Source: Lingula anatina
Taxonomy: Eukaryota; Animalia; Brachiopoda
Direction of reading: 5' to 3'
Length of the DNA stretch: 64,000 nt
Assembly: GCA_051362555.1 (NCBI GenBank)
Contig: CM120648.1
Coordinates: 2,147,721 to 2,211,720 of the forward strand
This document shows, one piece after another, positions 26,929 to 40,116 of this stretch (the stretch's first letter is position 1; every line of letters starts with the position of its first letter). The notes under the pieces were generated by a model. The model had not been told where the DNA came from. It worked only from the letters and a program-made list of their open reading frames with translations, and ran no database searches. A program made the translations under genes and the position numbers.

Positions 26929-29900
26929 TTACTGCTTCTGTGGCAGAGGTCCTGCCAGCTGTCCTGTGGCGCCATCTACTGGCTGTTGCTGGGCCTGCGG
27001 TGGTTGTTGTTGTGGCCACTGCTGCTGCTGTTGTTGTTGATGTTCTTGTTGGGCAGTGTTGTAAGCTATAGGACTCTGGGCATGCATAGGCTGGGCCTGC
27101 AGTGGTTGTTGTTGTTGTGGCCACTGCTGCTGTTGTTGTTGATGTTGTTGTTGGGCAATGTTGTAAGCTAAAGGACCCTGGACATACATAGGCTGGGCGT
27201 TGTAACCTCCAACTTGGGGCCCCTGCTGTGGATAGTACACAAAGCCTGAAGGAGGTAAGGTTTTTAAGATTAAATGAGAAGAATTATGGTCTGATGGAGA
27301 CACAAACATCTGAATGAATATGAAATCAAAAAATAATAAATAAATGTTGATAATTTTCTATGTTAACACATATTGAAAAATTTCTCAAATGAAAAGTTTT
27401 TAAAACATGCCAAAACTTCTGTGAGAAAATAGCTTTGAAACAGCATGTTGTCCAGGGTGGATGATGGCCAATTGTGTAATGTAAATGATCCATAGATGGC
27501 AGCACAAACAGCATGTTGTCCAGGGTAGAAGATGGCCAAATGTGTTATGTAAATGATCCATAGATGGCAGCACATATGTGCAATGTCTGTGACACAGAGA
27601 TGGCAGCACAAAATACGAAATACTAATAATTATATTATATAAATTTTGTCTCATGTCTTTTTATTCACATTACCTTGTTGTCCAGGTACCATGTAAGCCC
27701 CAGTATTTTGTGCATTATTGGGTACTGTATAGATGACAGTACCCTGACTAGAAGGCTGCAATATAATTAAATACAACATAATAGGTCCTAATTAAGATTA
27801 AGTCATTTTAACAACATGCAATATTAACAAAATAATAAAAATTCATGTTCTTTTTTATGTGCATTAGATGTGATAGGAAGTTCTATACATATTGCAGGAA
27901 GTTCTATACAGGTTTTCTACACATAACAGTATATGAGCCAGCAACAAAGACATTGTTCTTTTTTCAAATATATGGCTCTAAATTTTTTATTTGACAAAAT
28001 TAGATGATAAGCCATGTGCTAAACGACAGGTTAAAGAAAATCTTTATGCACCATTAATAAAGCTTTAGGAATGTCTATATGAAAAGAGGCATATGTTTTT
28101 TAAGGTAGTGAAAAATATCATTTTCTATAAGAAAATGATCCAAATTCGCAAAATCTTGACAGCTCCAAGTTCAAAAAGCACTGACCTCAGAACAGCAACA
28201 GACACCATGGCAACAAATAGCTGATGAGATTACTGCTATCACCCCCTCTGTAAAGGCCACGAAAATCAAAAACACTGACCATCCCCTGATATCATTTGCC
28301 TGCAAAAGTATTGTGACGAAGAAATATATAAATATTTGCCTTTGGAATTTGTAAAAAAAAAAAAAGCTCAGCAAGTATTCAGCAAGTACACATTTTTTAT
28401 CACAATTGTTTTATTTTCAATGTAAGATTTGAAAACAAGCACTCAGAAAAAATACAGTGCACCTGAGCTGAAAAATGTTTTGCCATAAACTTAGACCCCA
28501 TTTCCATAGATTTTAGATCGATCTATCCCTGTGGGGAGTCTCACTTGATTACTGTCATCTTAGCCGGCTTAAGCGTCTGTCCCGCCTGCTGAAAGCTGTA
28601 AGGGGGTAATTAACTACGGTGCGCACTCGGCTGACCGCAATTTAGCGTGAACCCCCAGGGAGTTAGGTCGATTTAAATCTTAATCTCTGGATCGATCTAA
28701 ATCTCTGGGAATACACCCTTAGAAACAAAGTTGGCGTCTCTTTCTCAAAATGTCTCATCTCACTGAACACAAAACAAAAGGATTGAAATTGGACTACTTA
28801 CAAAGGATATCTGATATTTATACGGAACGCGAGGATCGACTTTTTTCATAAGGATCTCAGCCCAAGAGAAACCTATCAAGACTGTCCATGAAATAACGGC
28901 TGATATGATGCACATGACCATATATGAGATGACCTGGAAAGATTGAAGTAATAAATAAATGAATGAAAAGCCAGACAAATAAAAAAAATGAAATTTTAAT
29001 TGATGTCCTGACAAACAAAGAATAAATATATAATAATATACAATATATATATATAACGTAATTACCAGTATATGTACATATATCATCATTTTGTCTCTTT
29101 TATATATTTTTTTTGTATGAAGCACTGATATTTTCAAGCAAGAAAAACTTGAAAAACATAGAAGTCAGAAGGTAATCTTAAACCGAAGGTTAATGTGAAC
29201 TCACCAATCCCTTATTTTTCCTGCGTGCCAAAATTCCCAGTGCTCCTGTCACAATGAACTAAAACCATTCTTCAAATTAGTCAATATCTATATTGCATAA
29301 TCCTGCCATGCTGATATTATGGGAATACGAATTAGTCAGTCTTAATAACATAAATTTAACAAATCTTAGATCGTTAACTTTGTTTCACAAATTATCTTAT
29401 CAGAGAATCTGTAATACGTTGCTATGGTAACCTAACTGAACTCTCTCTCTCTCTCTCTCGTCGTATATTACCAGAAAGCCACACCATATCCCTGCTCCAT
29501 GCTTGTAAGATTCCGGAAGCAATACCAAAACAATACCAGTGCTGACAGAGATAATCCCAAGAACAATTTGGGTTATACCAAGTCCCACACCAGCCCTGTG
29601 CATGTACCTGGAACAAATGCATTTTTAGAGTTAAAACTATACTCTGATTTGCATGTAATTACCGAATAGGTTCAATTGATAATAGTCTGCCGTCATCTTA
29701 AATTTGATTCTCCTTCTAAAATCAACTTAAATTCCATTTAAATTTTTTTCAAAAGAGATGCCAAAATGAATATTTGGCGACAAAAAATGAGAGAAAAATG
29801 ATGTAAAGATTCAAATTTCATGGCAAATTTTTTCACTGTAGTACTGGCAATGGGCACGACCTTGATTTGGCATGCACTGATGCATGTGCGTTTTGGTACG

Positions 29901-30710
29901 TAACATAGACATCGTTTTTATAGCACCCTCTTGTTTTTGTACGGTACCCCACTTGCCTTAATTCTTAATTCCTCGATTAATGTTTTGAAGCAAAATAAAA
30001 CTGCCGAAAAACTTAAACTGTTTTCATTCATATACTGTAATCACTGGATATAGCTTGATATGACCTTTTTGTTTTTATTTTCGGGTTTTTATTACTATTA
30101 CTATTATTATCTTGTTTTAAGTATGGACTTTATTTGGTAATTTTCACGCGAAGTCCATTTCCATTCTATCTGTCTTTTTTACTTTCTTTTGCCGTCCTTT
30201 GTTCTATCTCCCTCTCTTGTTATAACAGCCCAACGGCATCGTCACATGCCTGTACCACATACTTTTTTCTTACACTTTCGTATGTAATCGTGTATTTTTC
30301 AGTATCATTTTTAGTTATTTTCTTGTATTTTTAGTATGTTTTCCGTATTTCTACATTTTACGTGACACTTTTTTCACTGTTACTTATTTTATTTCTTTTC
30401 TTTCAGTTCTACGTTTGACTTTGGCAATAAATCTGATAAAATCAAAACAATCAGTTTTAGACTTCTTGACTGAAGGCAGTTACACCATACGTACCAATTT
30501 TTTAATTATCTTTTATTATTTTATTATTTTTATTTATTATTATTATTAGTATTATTTTGTCTTAACCTGTCTTTGGGATGTATTGTGTCAATAATAAAGT
30601 ACTTACCTTTCAGCATGAAATGATGAAGAACCTCCAACAGGTGTCGCTGCGCTGCTTACTTGGTGATTTACTGCCTGTGGGGTCTGGTACATCACTGTTG
30701 TCGGTGACAT
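26929..30710 (-). CDS. MS4A/CD20-like four-transmembrane protein, paralog A (312 aa)
   Basis: Exons 30710-30607, 29607-29472, 29258-29205, 28933-28802, 28299-28186, 27755-27674, 27245-26929; total 939 nt, in frame. Four hydrophobic segments, GAGIWCGFLFIVTGALG, CCHGVCCC after TM4, and a Q/P-rich tail. Confidence 0.9.
27439..27574. repeat. ~68-bp tandem duplication in intron 6 of paralog A
   Basis: aacagcatgttgtccagggt.ga.gatggccaa.tgtgt.atgtaaatgatccatagatggcagcaca occurs twice. Confidence 0.85.
28493..28719. mobile_element. MITE-like element, family 2 (~220 bp), in intron 4 of paralog A
   Basis: Imperfect TIRs containing tagatcgatc/gatcgatcta; closely similar copies at 41629 and, inverted, at 44515. 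Confidence 0.85.
29418..29431. promoter_or_regulatory. RFX X-box-like palindrome GTTGCTATGGTAAC in intron 2 of paralog A
   Basis: Matches the GTTRCYATGGYAAC consensus; a CATAGCAAC half-site is kept at the equivalent position in B (37561-37574) and D (~51755-51766). Confidence 0.45.
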
Positions 30711-30831
30711 TGTTTCGTTTCAATCAACTTTACTGGAAATGAAGTGGACAATGAAGTAGAGGCAGCTCATATGAAAAAGTCACATGTTTTTTAAAACATT
30801 AAACATTTTTAAAATATTAAAATATTCCTGT

Positions 30832-30942
<111 letters not shown>

Positions 30943-31262
30943 AGGCGCAATTTCTTATTTTTTTGGGCGAAAAAATTACAAATGAAACAAATTTGCAATG
31001 GTAATCAAAGTAGAAAGTAGCACACGGTGTCATCTTGTATTGCAAGCATGGCTGCTCTGCCTCATGTATAATAAATTACCTTTTACTAAAGTCACGGCCT
31101 GTGATTACGACGGATTACGTGCATTCTGTGCCCTTCACTGTATTTGAATGTAAACTGGTAATTTACCAGATATTGCATATACATATTTTGTAACTGTAAC
31201 ACAAATTAAACATCGCCCTATCCCAAGCTGAAGAAAGCAATAGTATTGTACAAAAAACTTAC

Positions 31263-31372
31263 AAATATTTGTTTTTCTTTTTTCCCACAGGTTAGACACT
31301 TCAGAGGTAAGCTCTCACAAAAAGCTAGCTCCTTGCTTCACTTCGTTCCCAAAATCTTCCCTTTCGTGTCGA
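31263..31372 (-). other. Non-coding leader exon of paralog A
   Basis: Reverse-complement homologue of the blocks upstream of B-E (aagtgaagcaaggagc...acctgtgg...aaatattt|GTAAGT); the first coding exon has its own acceptor. Start approximate. Confidence 0.6.
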
Positions 31373-32130
31373 CGCTATTTTTAAAAACGTTTTTTTTTTT
31401 TTTTTACTTCAAATGCACTTAAATCCTGATGATCACTGTCTTTTGAACTTGGGTAGATTTTGTTTTAAGCACGCAGAAGTGCATTAACACACCCGTCTAG
31501 CTCTACAGCGCAGGAAAGTAGGCCGAACCTTATAAGACATGCTAACGTTTAAAGCTATTTTCTAGCGCCGCCCCACTGCGTACTCCCTGCCTGCTTAGAA
31601 TACAGAAAAAGCTGGTGACTATATGAGGTAATGTACAACGAAAGTAAACACAAGTGAAAGCCAGACCTTCTCTTAGCATCGTTAATTAAACCTTCACGGG
31701 TTGTTGTGACCATTAAACAAGGAATAAATCTTAATTACAACCATTTAAATTGCTGTTCTGGCAATACTGAATTAATTACACACAAGTAATAAAACCAAAG
31801 ACAAACAGGTAATTCACTGTAATAATTTTAATTTAATATCAAATTATACCTGTAAATTTTTACTATTCGCAGGTGAATATTTTTCACAAAACCGTTTCCG
31901 CTTATTCTTATTTGTAGGTAAGTCTATTGGTTTGCGTTTACCAATGAGGGGCGATGCGGGGAGGTGTCCGCACTGTCATCCTTTGAGCCAAAAAATTTAA
32001 CAAGTCGTTAACTAAGAAACATTACTTTGTATAAAAAATAAAAAATTATTGTTCATAACAATAGTTATTTATATTGTTAGGCCTATAATTTAATTAATTA
32101 AACAATAAAGCGTTTTTCACTCGGATATAC

Positions 32131-32221
<91 letters not shown>

Positions 32222-32739
32222 TTTGCAATGCCCAATATAATGTAAGTCCCATCTTTTATAATGGGTCTCCGCATTCGTTTTGAGTTTTAAAATATTACGT
32301 TGGTTCCTTGTTCAGGTGTGTAGCAAGTCAAAGTCAATACAGTTACTTCACGCTCATATTCACAATATCAATTATGCAGTATGGAAGGCACGGTTACATA
32401 ATGCTGTACGTTCAATCAAATAATCTCTCGATGTTTGCTAAGCTGAGCGTCATTTTATCGACTTTTCCCTCCAATTACCTTCAGTCGTACAAGTGCACTG
32501 CATTATGATCTATTAAATGTACAATTTTCCTTTAAATCAATGTTGCCTCACACATGATTTACAAGCTGCTTTTAATGTGTTTAAAAGCGCTGCGACAGCG
32601 GACACCTGGCCGACAAAATAGGCGAAAATCGATGTTCTTATGACATCCTAGCATTATCAAGATGTCTGGACACAGCGAGAAGGTAAGACGACTTGGTAAG
32701 ATATTGTCCTTAATTCGCGCGCTTTAGTAAATTGACAGA

Positions 32740-32789
<50 letters not shown>

Positions 32790-33050
32790 GCCGGAGTGCA
32801 ATATCGGTATGATAATTTACCTGACTTACACCAAGGAGTTGTAACTCCTTGCTTACACGCACCATCAAGCACGTCCAGTGTATGTTTAGTGGGTTCTTTG
32901 TATTTTATTTGTTGTTAAACGAGGTAAAAATTAAAAACTAAAATACAGGTAAGCCACCTCTGACAATATACTTTGATTTAAACATTTAAACCAAATATTT
33001 TCACCACACCAGATAACCAGATGAAATATCGTTGTCCTCAAGCCTAACGC

Positions 33051-34489
33051 ATGCGTGTGAACCTAAGGCGCGTGGTCACGTGGTGCGTTGGACTGCCACT
33101 GACGAGCCTTGCGGTGACGTCATTCATAGCTCTGTTAAGGATTCCAGGTAAAATCTTCCATGCTATACTCTTTAAAACTTTATCCAATCTTTAAAACTTT
33201 ATCCAATCCAAATTTAATTTGGCACAAAACATCTAAATTGACAATGGAGTTCTATATTTTATCTTTTACCTGTATACTGATACCAGGGAATTATATCCGA
33301 TATAATTCCCTGCTGATACACACTGTATGTGTGTGTATTTGAAGATATTACATTTTCACATTTCCTGGCGAGATTAAAAAAACGATCCTTTTTAAACCAG
33401 TCGATTATTAAGCATGTTACTTTTACCGAAGTTAAAATATCCATCAGTTTTTTTTTTTTTTATTCTTCAATTTCTTCATTCTCAGATTTCAATATGACCA
33501 ACAGCTATGAAAAACAAGTGGGTTCTATAGGAGGACCGGCTGCCAGCTTATTGTCTACGTCAACAGAAGGTCGACCCAGTCAAAATACAGTCGGGTGGTT
33601 CAACAGTTCTAGTTTATATGCAGAGAGATCGAACGCTGTATTGGCAGCATGTCAAATGCTCCAGTTAAATGACCAGTCCCTGTCATCGTTACTAAGGCAA
33701 CGAGAAGGCATTGTTTCCCCAACACAATTTTTGATCGATCACAAGAACAAGATGTTATATTGCCAAGTACCTAAAGCCGGATCCACCAATTTCAAGAGGC
33801 TACTACTTCTCGCGAGACAGAACGAGAACTCCGGTAGATTGCATCTTTCGGCACTTTCTCCCCACAAAACCTGGCAGGCAACGAAGACTGTTTTTAGTCG
33901 GTTAGAGCCCAACACACCGGAGACGTACGTGAACAGCATTCTGAAAAATTACACCAAAGTTTTGCTAACACGCCCTCCTTATGAACGCCTTGTGTCTTTT
34001 TACCACATGTATTTCGAGGAGCAGCATTATGAAAATGCATCTCTCGCTTATGAACTCAAACGCTTAGTGAAATACATGAAACGGGTACTTAAAAGAATGG
34101 ATCGCGGGAATTGCACGTGGAATGCCAAACCAACATTCAAGGAGTTCGTAGATTTTGTACTCTTCGATTATCGAGGGATAGAAACAAGGAGACTGCACAC
34201 AAAGGGAGTGATAAATGCCCACTGGTTTCCCATATCGAGACTCTGTTACCCGTGCGCGGTTCATTATGACGTCATTGGCACCATGGAGACTCTTGATCAA
34301 GATTTTGATTATATAGCCAAAAAAATTGACATGAAAAAGGGCATAAATTATCCAAGGTATCTTCGGAGGAAATCTCTGAACCTCACAAAATCATATATGT
34401 CTTCATTAACAGGCGCTCAATTAAAAAGATTACAAAATATGTATGCAACAGATTTTGAACTTTTTAACTTTAGCAAAACATTGCTATAA
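33051..34489 (+). CDS. Golgi carbohydrate sulfotransferase, Sulfotransfer_2 (CHST8-14/HNK-1ST, CHST11-like) family, 366 aa
   Basis: Exon 33051-33147 (MRVNLRRVVTWCVGLPLTSLAVTSFIALLRIP, type II signal anchor, phase-1 donor) joins exon 33486-34489; total 1101 nt. Motifs: 5'-PSB YCQVPKAGSTNFKR, 3'-PB TRPPYERLVSFY, PTFKEFV, HWFPISRLCYPCAVHYDVIGTMETL, YATDFELFNF. Confidence 0.92.
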
Positions 34490-35418
34490 TAAAGAAAAAA
34501 AGTTCTGTTAAATTGATTAGGCAAATCTTGTTCAAATATAGTTCATGCAAAATTTATCTTTGATGGGCTAAAAAACTAGCATGAGGGCCTACTAACATGT
34601 ATCGGACTGTATGGCATATTCCCTGATCATCCAGATGACCGATAGTACCTTCTGAAATGTACAGACGACCTAGGAGTGACTTAATTTCAAACAAAATAAA
34701 CTTCATTTAATTAGAGTACAAGGACGTGTCTAGCAATGTTTAATAGTAAGGCAGAATTGCTATTTCCTCCCGAAGTAAATTCATTCTGGTGTCAAAATTC
34801 CGTGTAGTAGGGCCTATATACCCCTGTATGTGTTAATTTGTTCAAACCATAGAAATGTCAATACCTTTAAGTGGGATTTAGAATAAATAAATAAATAAAT
34901 AAATATTGTTAGCTCTACCGGTAGGCCTGCATACTAATACCCCGGTATGTACCTTTCACATCATCCAGATATTTCATTCGGTTTATTTACTACAGAATTA
35001 GTGTAGTTTTATTATACCGACTGGTACACGTATTGAACTTTACAAAAACCTTACAATGTAAACACAGATAAAACAGCTGTCATTACTAAACAGGTAGGCC
35101 TACCTAAATAAATGGCGATTTTTTATTAAATTTGTTCCGAATTATCTTGTCTTTTAATTTTTTAATTAATGTTTTGTTTGTTGTTAATTTGTTTAATTTA
35201 ATTCAGTTTATTTATTTTATTTTAATTTATTCCTTTATTTATTTTTTAAAATTATTATCATTATTTTTATTATTTTTTTATTTTTATTTTATTTTATTTT
35301 TTTTCACAGTGAATACATGTATACGGCGCTGCCAACGCGCCGACCTGAATAAGAAGTCGACCCAGCTTTTGAAGTAAGTCTGATGCAAAGATGTCAGTGC
35401 ATCAACATTTACTATCTG

Positions 35419-35428
35419 GGGAATTTCC
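35419..35428. promoter_or_regulatory. NF-kB-like site GGGAATTTCC ~280 bp upstream of the paralog B leader exon
   Basis: Exact match to GGGRNWYYCC; a single 10-mer, so a chance match cannot be excluded. Confidence 0.3.
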
Positions 35429-35705
35429 TCTATTTTCAGTTTTTTAAATAAAAAGTTTGCCTTACTCTTCTTCCTCCAGCATTTCGCAACTCTCCTCGGG
35501 ACAGGTAAACAACTTTATCTACAACAAGGAATTATCCGGAACGGTTTTATAAAAAATAGTCGCTGCGAACATTAAATAATTTTTGGTTTATATTACTGAA
35601 TAAAATTTTAGATTTGATTTTATCATTCATTTGTACGTGCCCTTCAGCAAACCCAAAATAACAATTTTAATATTTGAATTTTTGGTATATTCCTTATTTT
35701 GTGAC

Positions 35706-35774
35706 GTAATCACGACCAAGAAGTAAGCGAATGTTTTAGTAAGAGCACGAAGTATCAGTGGAAAAACACATTTT
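35706..35774 (+). other. Non-coding leader exon of paralog B
   Basis: gtggaaaaacacatttt|GTAAGT is homologous to the 3' end of the D/E leader; start approximate. Confidence 0.5.
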
Positions 35775-36041
35775 GTAAGTTTCTTTTACGTACCTTTGGC
35801 GTTTAAAGCTCCCATAAGGCCAATGGTTAGATAGTTATATATTGTAATAGCTTGTTTACTTGCTACTAAATCCATGATATTGAATATCTAGCCTGGGATA
35901 GCAAAGAAAATGAAGTAGACCTCCATAATTACATGTAAACAGTCGTGACCTACATTTTTCCGGAGTGGTTTGCACCACAAGTGACGGGGGTTATACCATA
36001 AAAAGACATTCTTGACATGTACGGTCAGTTTCTTATAAGTT

Positions 36042-36755
36042 TAGCAGCTTCAGTAGGTGTACCAGACATCTAAGCCGCTTATGCTGAAAGCAATTTAGCG
36101 AGAAACCCTCAGGGATGGGCCAATTTTGTTAGATCGATCTAGGTATGGGAATCCAGTGACCAGTCTATGACCTTCAAATCTTTTACACCCATGCCAGAAT
36201 GTATCAATGACACAACTGAAATCTCTAATTGATTTCCGTTAGTGTGGGTCACTGTTAATGACGCCCTTATTGTGCCAGGGATGACTGATAACAGCACTGA
36301 CTTCTACATATCTCTGGTGGTGCAAGTAGCTGAAACCTCTGATGGTGTATATGCACAAATATTCATGCATTGGCATTGTATGGTCCCAGATATCTACTGC
36401 ATCACAATATAAACAGGAGTTCTAAAGCATGATTCTCTGCCCTAAAACTATATACCTAAGAACTAGAATAAAAATGATAACTGACCATGAAGTTATCCAG
36501 GTCTAGTTACCCTGTCATCCATCTTGCCAAAGTCAATAAAAGTTGTCTTGCCGGGTAACACACTGAAGAAATCAGTGAGAGTTAGCTTAGATGTCTGGCA
36601 CACCTACTGAAGCTGCTAAATGATAGGTTATTACCCCCTAGCAGCTCTAGTAGGCGTGATAGACATCTAAGCTGCTTAAGTTGATTGCTATTTTATGAGA
36701 ATCCCCTTAGAGATAGATTGAACCATAGTTAGTATGATAGGGTCTGGGAATGGTC
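36042..36755. mobile_element. Fragments of family-2-related elements in the leader intron of paralog B
   Basis: 36042-36157 and 36625-36755 resemble family 2 (ttaccccct, cagacatctaagc, gatcgatcta, gggaat); 36583-36617 is an inverted copy of 36043-36075. Confidence 0.6.
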
Positions 36756-36884
36756 TAACAGACAAGATCCCAAAGTTTATTAAAGATTTTAATATTGAAA
36801 ATTGTGCATATTAAACTCTTTACTTTGTTGTCCATTCCAGTTTCAGTATATAAGTGAGTCAGAGTTAAACAAGATTGTATCACC

Positions 36885-37503
36885 ATGACAACAGTGATGT
36901 ACCAGACCCCCCAGGTAGTGAGGCAGCAAGTGATCACCACAACGCCACCTGCTGGGGGTTCTTCATTCGTGGCAGAGAAGTAAGTACATTGGCGAATACT
37001 GGGTGAATATTGGATGGGGATATTAGTATTAAAAGAAAAAAAAAAGATTTATGTTAACTTATCTTATAGTTGTATGATGGTTAATTCATGAATAATTCAT
37101 TGTATCATTGTAATTATACCAGGTAATTATTTTTACCTAATTATAAATTGAAATTATTAAGTACTTCCATGGAGAATTGTAAGATTTATTCCTATCTTCA
37201 GTAAATATTTCTCATGTATTCCAGGTACATGCACAGAGCTGGTGTGGGACTTGGTATAACCCAGGCTGTGTTTGGGGTCATCTCTCTCATCTTTGGTATT
37301 GTTTTTGCTTCATGGGGTCCAGCAGGTTACAGTTACGGTTACAGGACCTATTATTTCAGCATAAACCACCACACTGGGGCTGGGATATGGTGTGGTATTC
37401 TGGTAAGACCAGAGAGAGAGAGAGAGAGGGATTGAGTGAGAGGGAGGGAGAGAGAAAGAAAGGGAAAGAAAGAGAAGAGACTGAGAGAAAGAGAGAGAGA
37501 GAA

Positions 37504-37537
<34 letters not shown>

Positions 37538-40116
37538 GGCTTTAGGGTTTGAGCAGTGTAAATACCATAGCAACATGTTATAGATTCTCTGGTAGATTTT
37601 TTTTGTAGAAGAAAGTTGGTTATGTTAGTTTCTGTCGAAAAAGAATTTGTTATGAGTATAATATATTATTGTGCAATATGAACGTTGAAATGTTGATTTA
37701 TATGAAGAATGATTTTAGTTCACAGGGACTGGGGTATTGGGAATTCTTACTTACAAGAAGAATAAGGGATTGGTGAGTAGTACATTCTATTTAAGATAAA
37801 ACTGTATCAGGTTCTTCTGTTCTTTATGAATCATTGGAAACCTTTGTTATATTGAAAATATTGTTGCTTGTTGGAAAATGAATAAAAACAAATATAGAAT
37901 AAGTTAAAAGAAAAAGAATAATTATATTAATAGAAAAGAAGAATATATCATATTCAGGGCATGGATATATATATTTTCTACCCTTGTCAGTGCATCATGG
38001 AAATTACTGATTACTAATTACTTCAAAAGCCTTTTGTATGCTTAGTTATTTATTATTTCATTTATTCTCTGTATGTATTTGTATTTTTCCAGATCATCTC
38101 CTTCATGATCATGTCTATCATATCAGCGGTGGTTTCCTGGCTCGTCTTCATGGTGATGCAGTCGGTGGAAGTTGCCATTAACGGTGGCTATGGGACCTAT
38201 TATGTAAGTGGATCCTTTTTATCCAAAGCGCTGGTGAAACCTTTTTTTCAGCAACCTGGTTAGGTTTATTTATTTGTTCATTGTAAAATGAAGGTATTTG
38301 GCCACAACAGAGGCAGTCTGAGAATTAAAGCTCATGAGTTAGTTATAATGTTTATTTTTTTAAAATATTTTATATTGATCTCCCAGGGTTTACTACTTTT
38401 AAGGGCTTTTTCATTATTTAATTAAAAAGAAATAAAAAATTATAACAAATTCTTATTCTCATAAATAACCAATTCTAAATGTATTGATTAATATATAATT
38501 AAATTTTTGTCAGAGGGATGTAATCAGGGGACTGTCAGGGTTTTTGGTTTTCGTCGCCTTTACAGAGGGGGTGATAGCAGTTATCTCATCAGCCTTTTGT
38601 TGCCATGGTGTCTGTTGCTGTTCTCAGGTTTGTGCTTTTTGCATTTTAGAACTGTTAAAGTTTGATATACTTGAAATATATTATATGAAGAACATATTAT
38701 TTAACAGAAACTATTTGCTTTCATTGCTTTTTACAGCCAACATTTAGGAACTGTTTTTTTTAAATAGAGTTATTCCTAAAGAAGCTTTTCAACTGTATAA
38801 AGATTTTCATAAACCAAGCTTCAAGCATGCGGCTATTTATCTTATTTCATCAAAACGAGAATAAGACCCTGTAGATTGGAAACGGGACTCATACTTTTGA
38901 AAAAATACCAGTGCTTTTGTTGCTTCCTGATAAAACATAATATGTACACAATTTCATGTCACATCTAACACAATATAAACAGAACTTCCTGTCACATCTA
39001 ACACAATATAAACAGAACATCCTGTCACATCTAACACAAAATCTACTGACCTTTTGTCCCATCTTAAACAGTTGTGCAATACTGATGTCACCAAAATGTC
39101 ATTTTCCCCAATTGTTTGCATGTCACCTTGTATCAGCATTCCTTCTGTATCAATATTTTAATACTGTATCTTGATTTGATTTGAATGACTTTATTGGGTA
39201 CATGATTATATACAAGAATTTTAAAAAAGCATAATAAAACAACTTACAACTAAGAGTACGACATCACTTTAAAATAATGTAAAAATAAGATTGTACCCAA
39301 AAGGGTTTGCCTAAAGGGTCAATGACCCATGAATGGACACCCCCAATGATATACAAATGAACAAATATATAAAAACTCTACTTAAGTACTAAAAACGACA
39401 ATGTGAACAATGTGATGTTTTATATGAATTAAACATCATATCATATAATAAACATTAAATTATATTATGTCATATAATATTGCAGCCTTCCACCCAGGGT
39501 ACTGTCAACTATACTGTACCCAATGCTGGACAAAATACTGTGGCTTTTGTGGCACCTGGACAACAAGGTAATGTGAATAAAAAAAGAAGGAATTTGACTT
39601 TTTTCAAATAGGATTGAGAGAATTTCACATCTTGTGCTGCCATCAATGTGTCATACATGATACACATAGGTGCTGCCATCTATGGATCATATACATTGCA
39701 AGATAAGACAATATGTATCTTAAGAAAATATTATTTCCAAGTATTCTTTCCTCACAGAGGTCTTGAAAAAATGTATTTAGGAAGCATTCAGTCTGTATAA
39801 TGTTTGATAGTAAAATGTAGACTTTGCTTCATAATATCAACACTTTCGTTCAATTGCTTTCTTCTCCATAAACACCACTTTCTCACTAAATCATAAACAT
39901 ATCTTTTCAGGCTTTGTGTACTATCCACAGCAGGGGCCCCAAGTCGGAGGATACTATCCCCAGCCCATGTATGCCCAGGGTCCTCCAGCTTACAGCACTG
40001 CCCAACAACAACAACAGCAGCAGTGGCCACAACAACAACCACCACCCCAAGCCCAGCAGCAGCCAGTAGGTGGCGCCACAGGACAGCAGGCAGGACCTCT
40101 GCCACAGAAGCAGTAA
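36885..40116 (+). CDS. MS4A/CD20-like four-transmembrane protein, paralog B (279 aa)
   Basis: Exons 36885-36979, 37225-37402, 37719-37772, 38093-38203, 38514-38627, 39486-39567, 39911-40116; total 840 nt, same phases as A. Confidence 0.92.
38957..39040. repeat. 33-bp tandem repeat in intron 5 of paralog B
   Basis: tgtcacatctaacacaatataaacagaac.tcc occurs ~2.5 times; diverged counterparts in C (~46892-46975), D (~52970-53040) and E (~59500). Confidence 0.8.

Noticed and set aside
33329-33485. N-terminal 52 aa of the 386-aa ORF as the sulfotransferase start
   Set aside because: This is intron sequence (pyrimidine tract + CAG at 33485); a phase-matched signal-anchor exon exists at 33051-33147.
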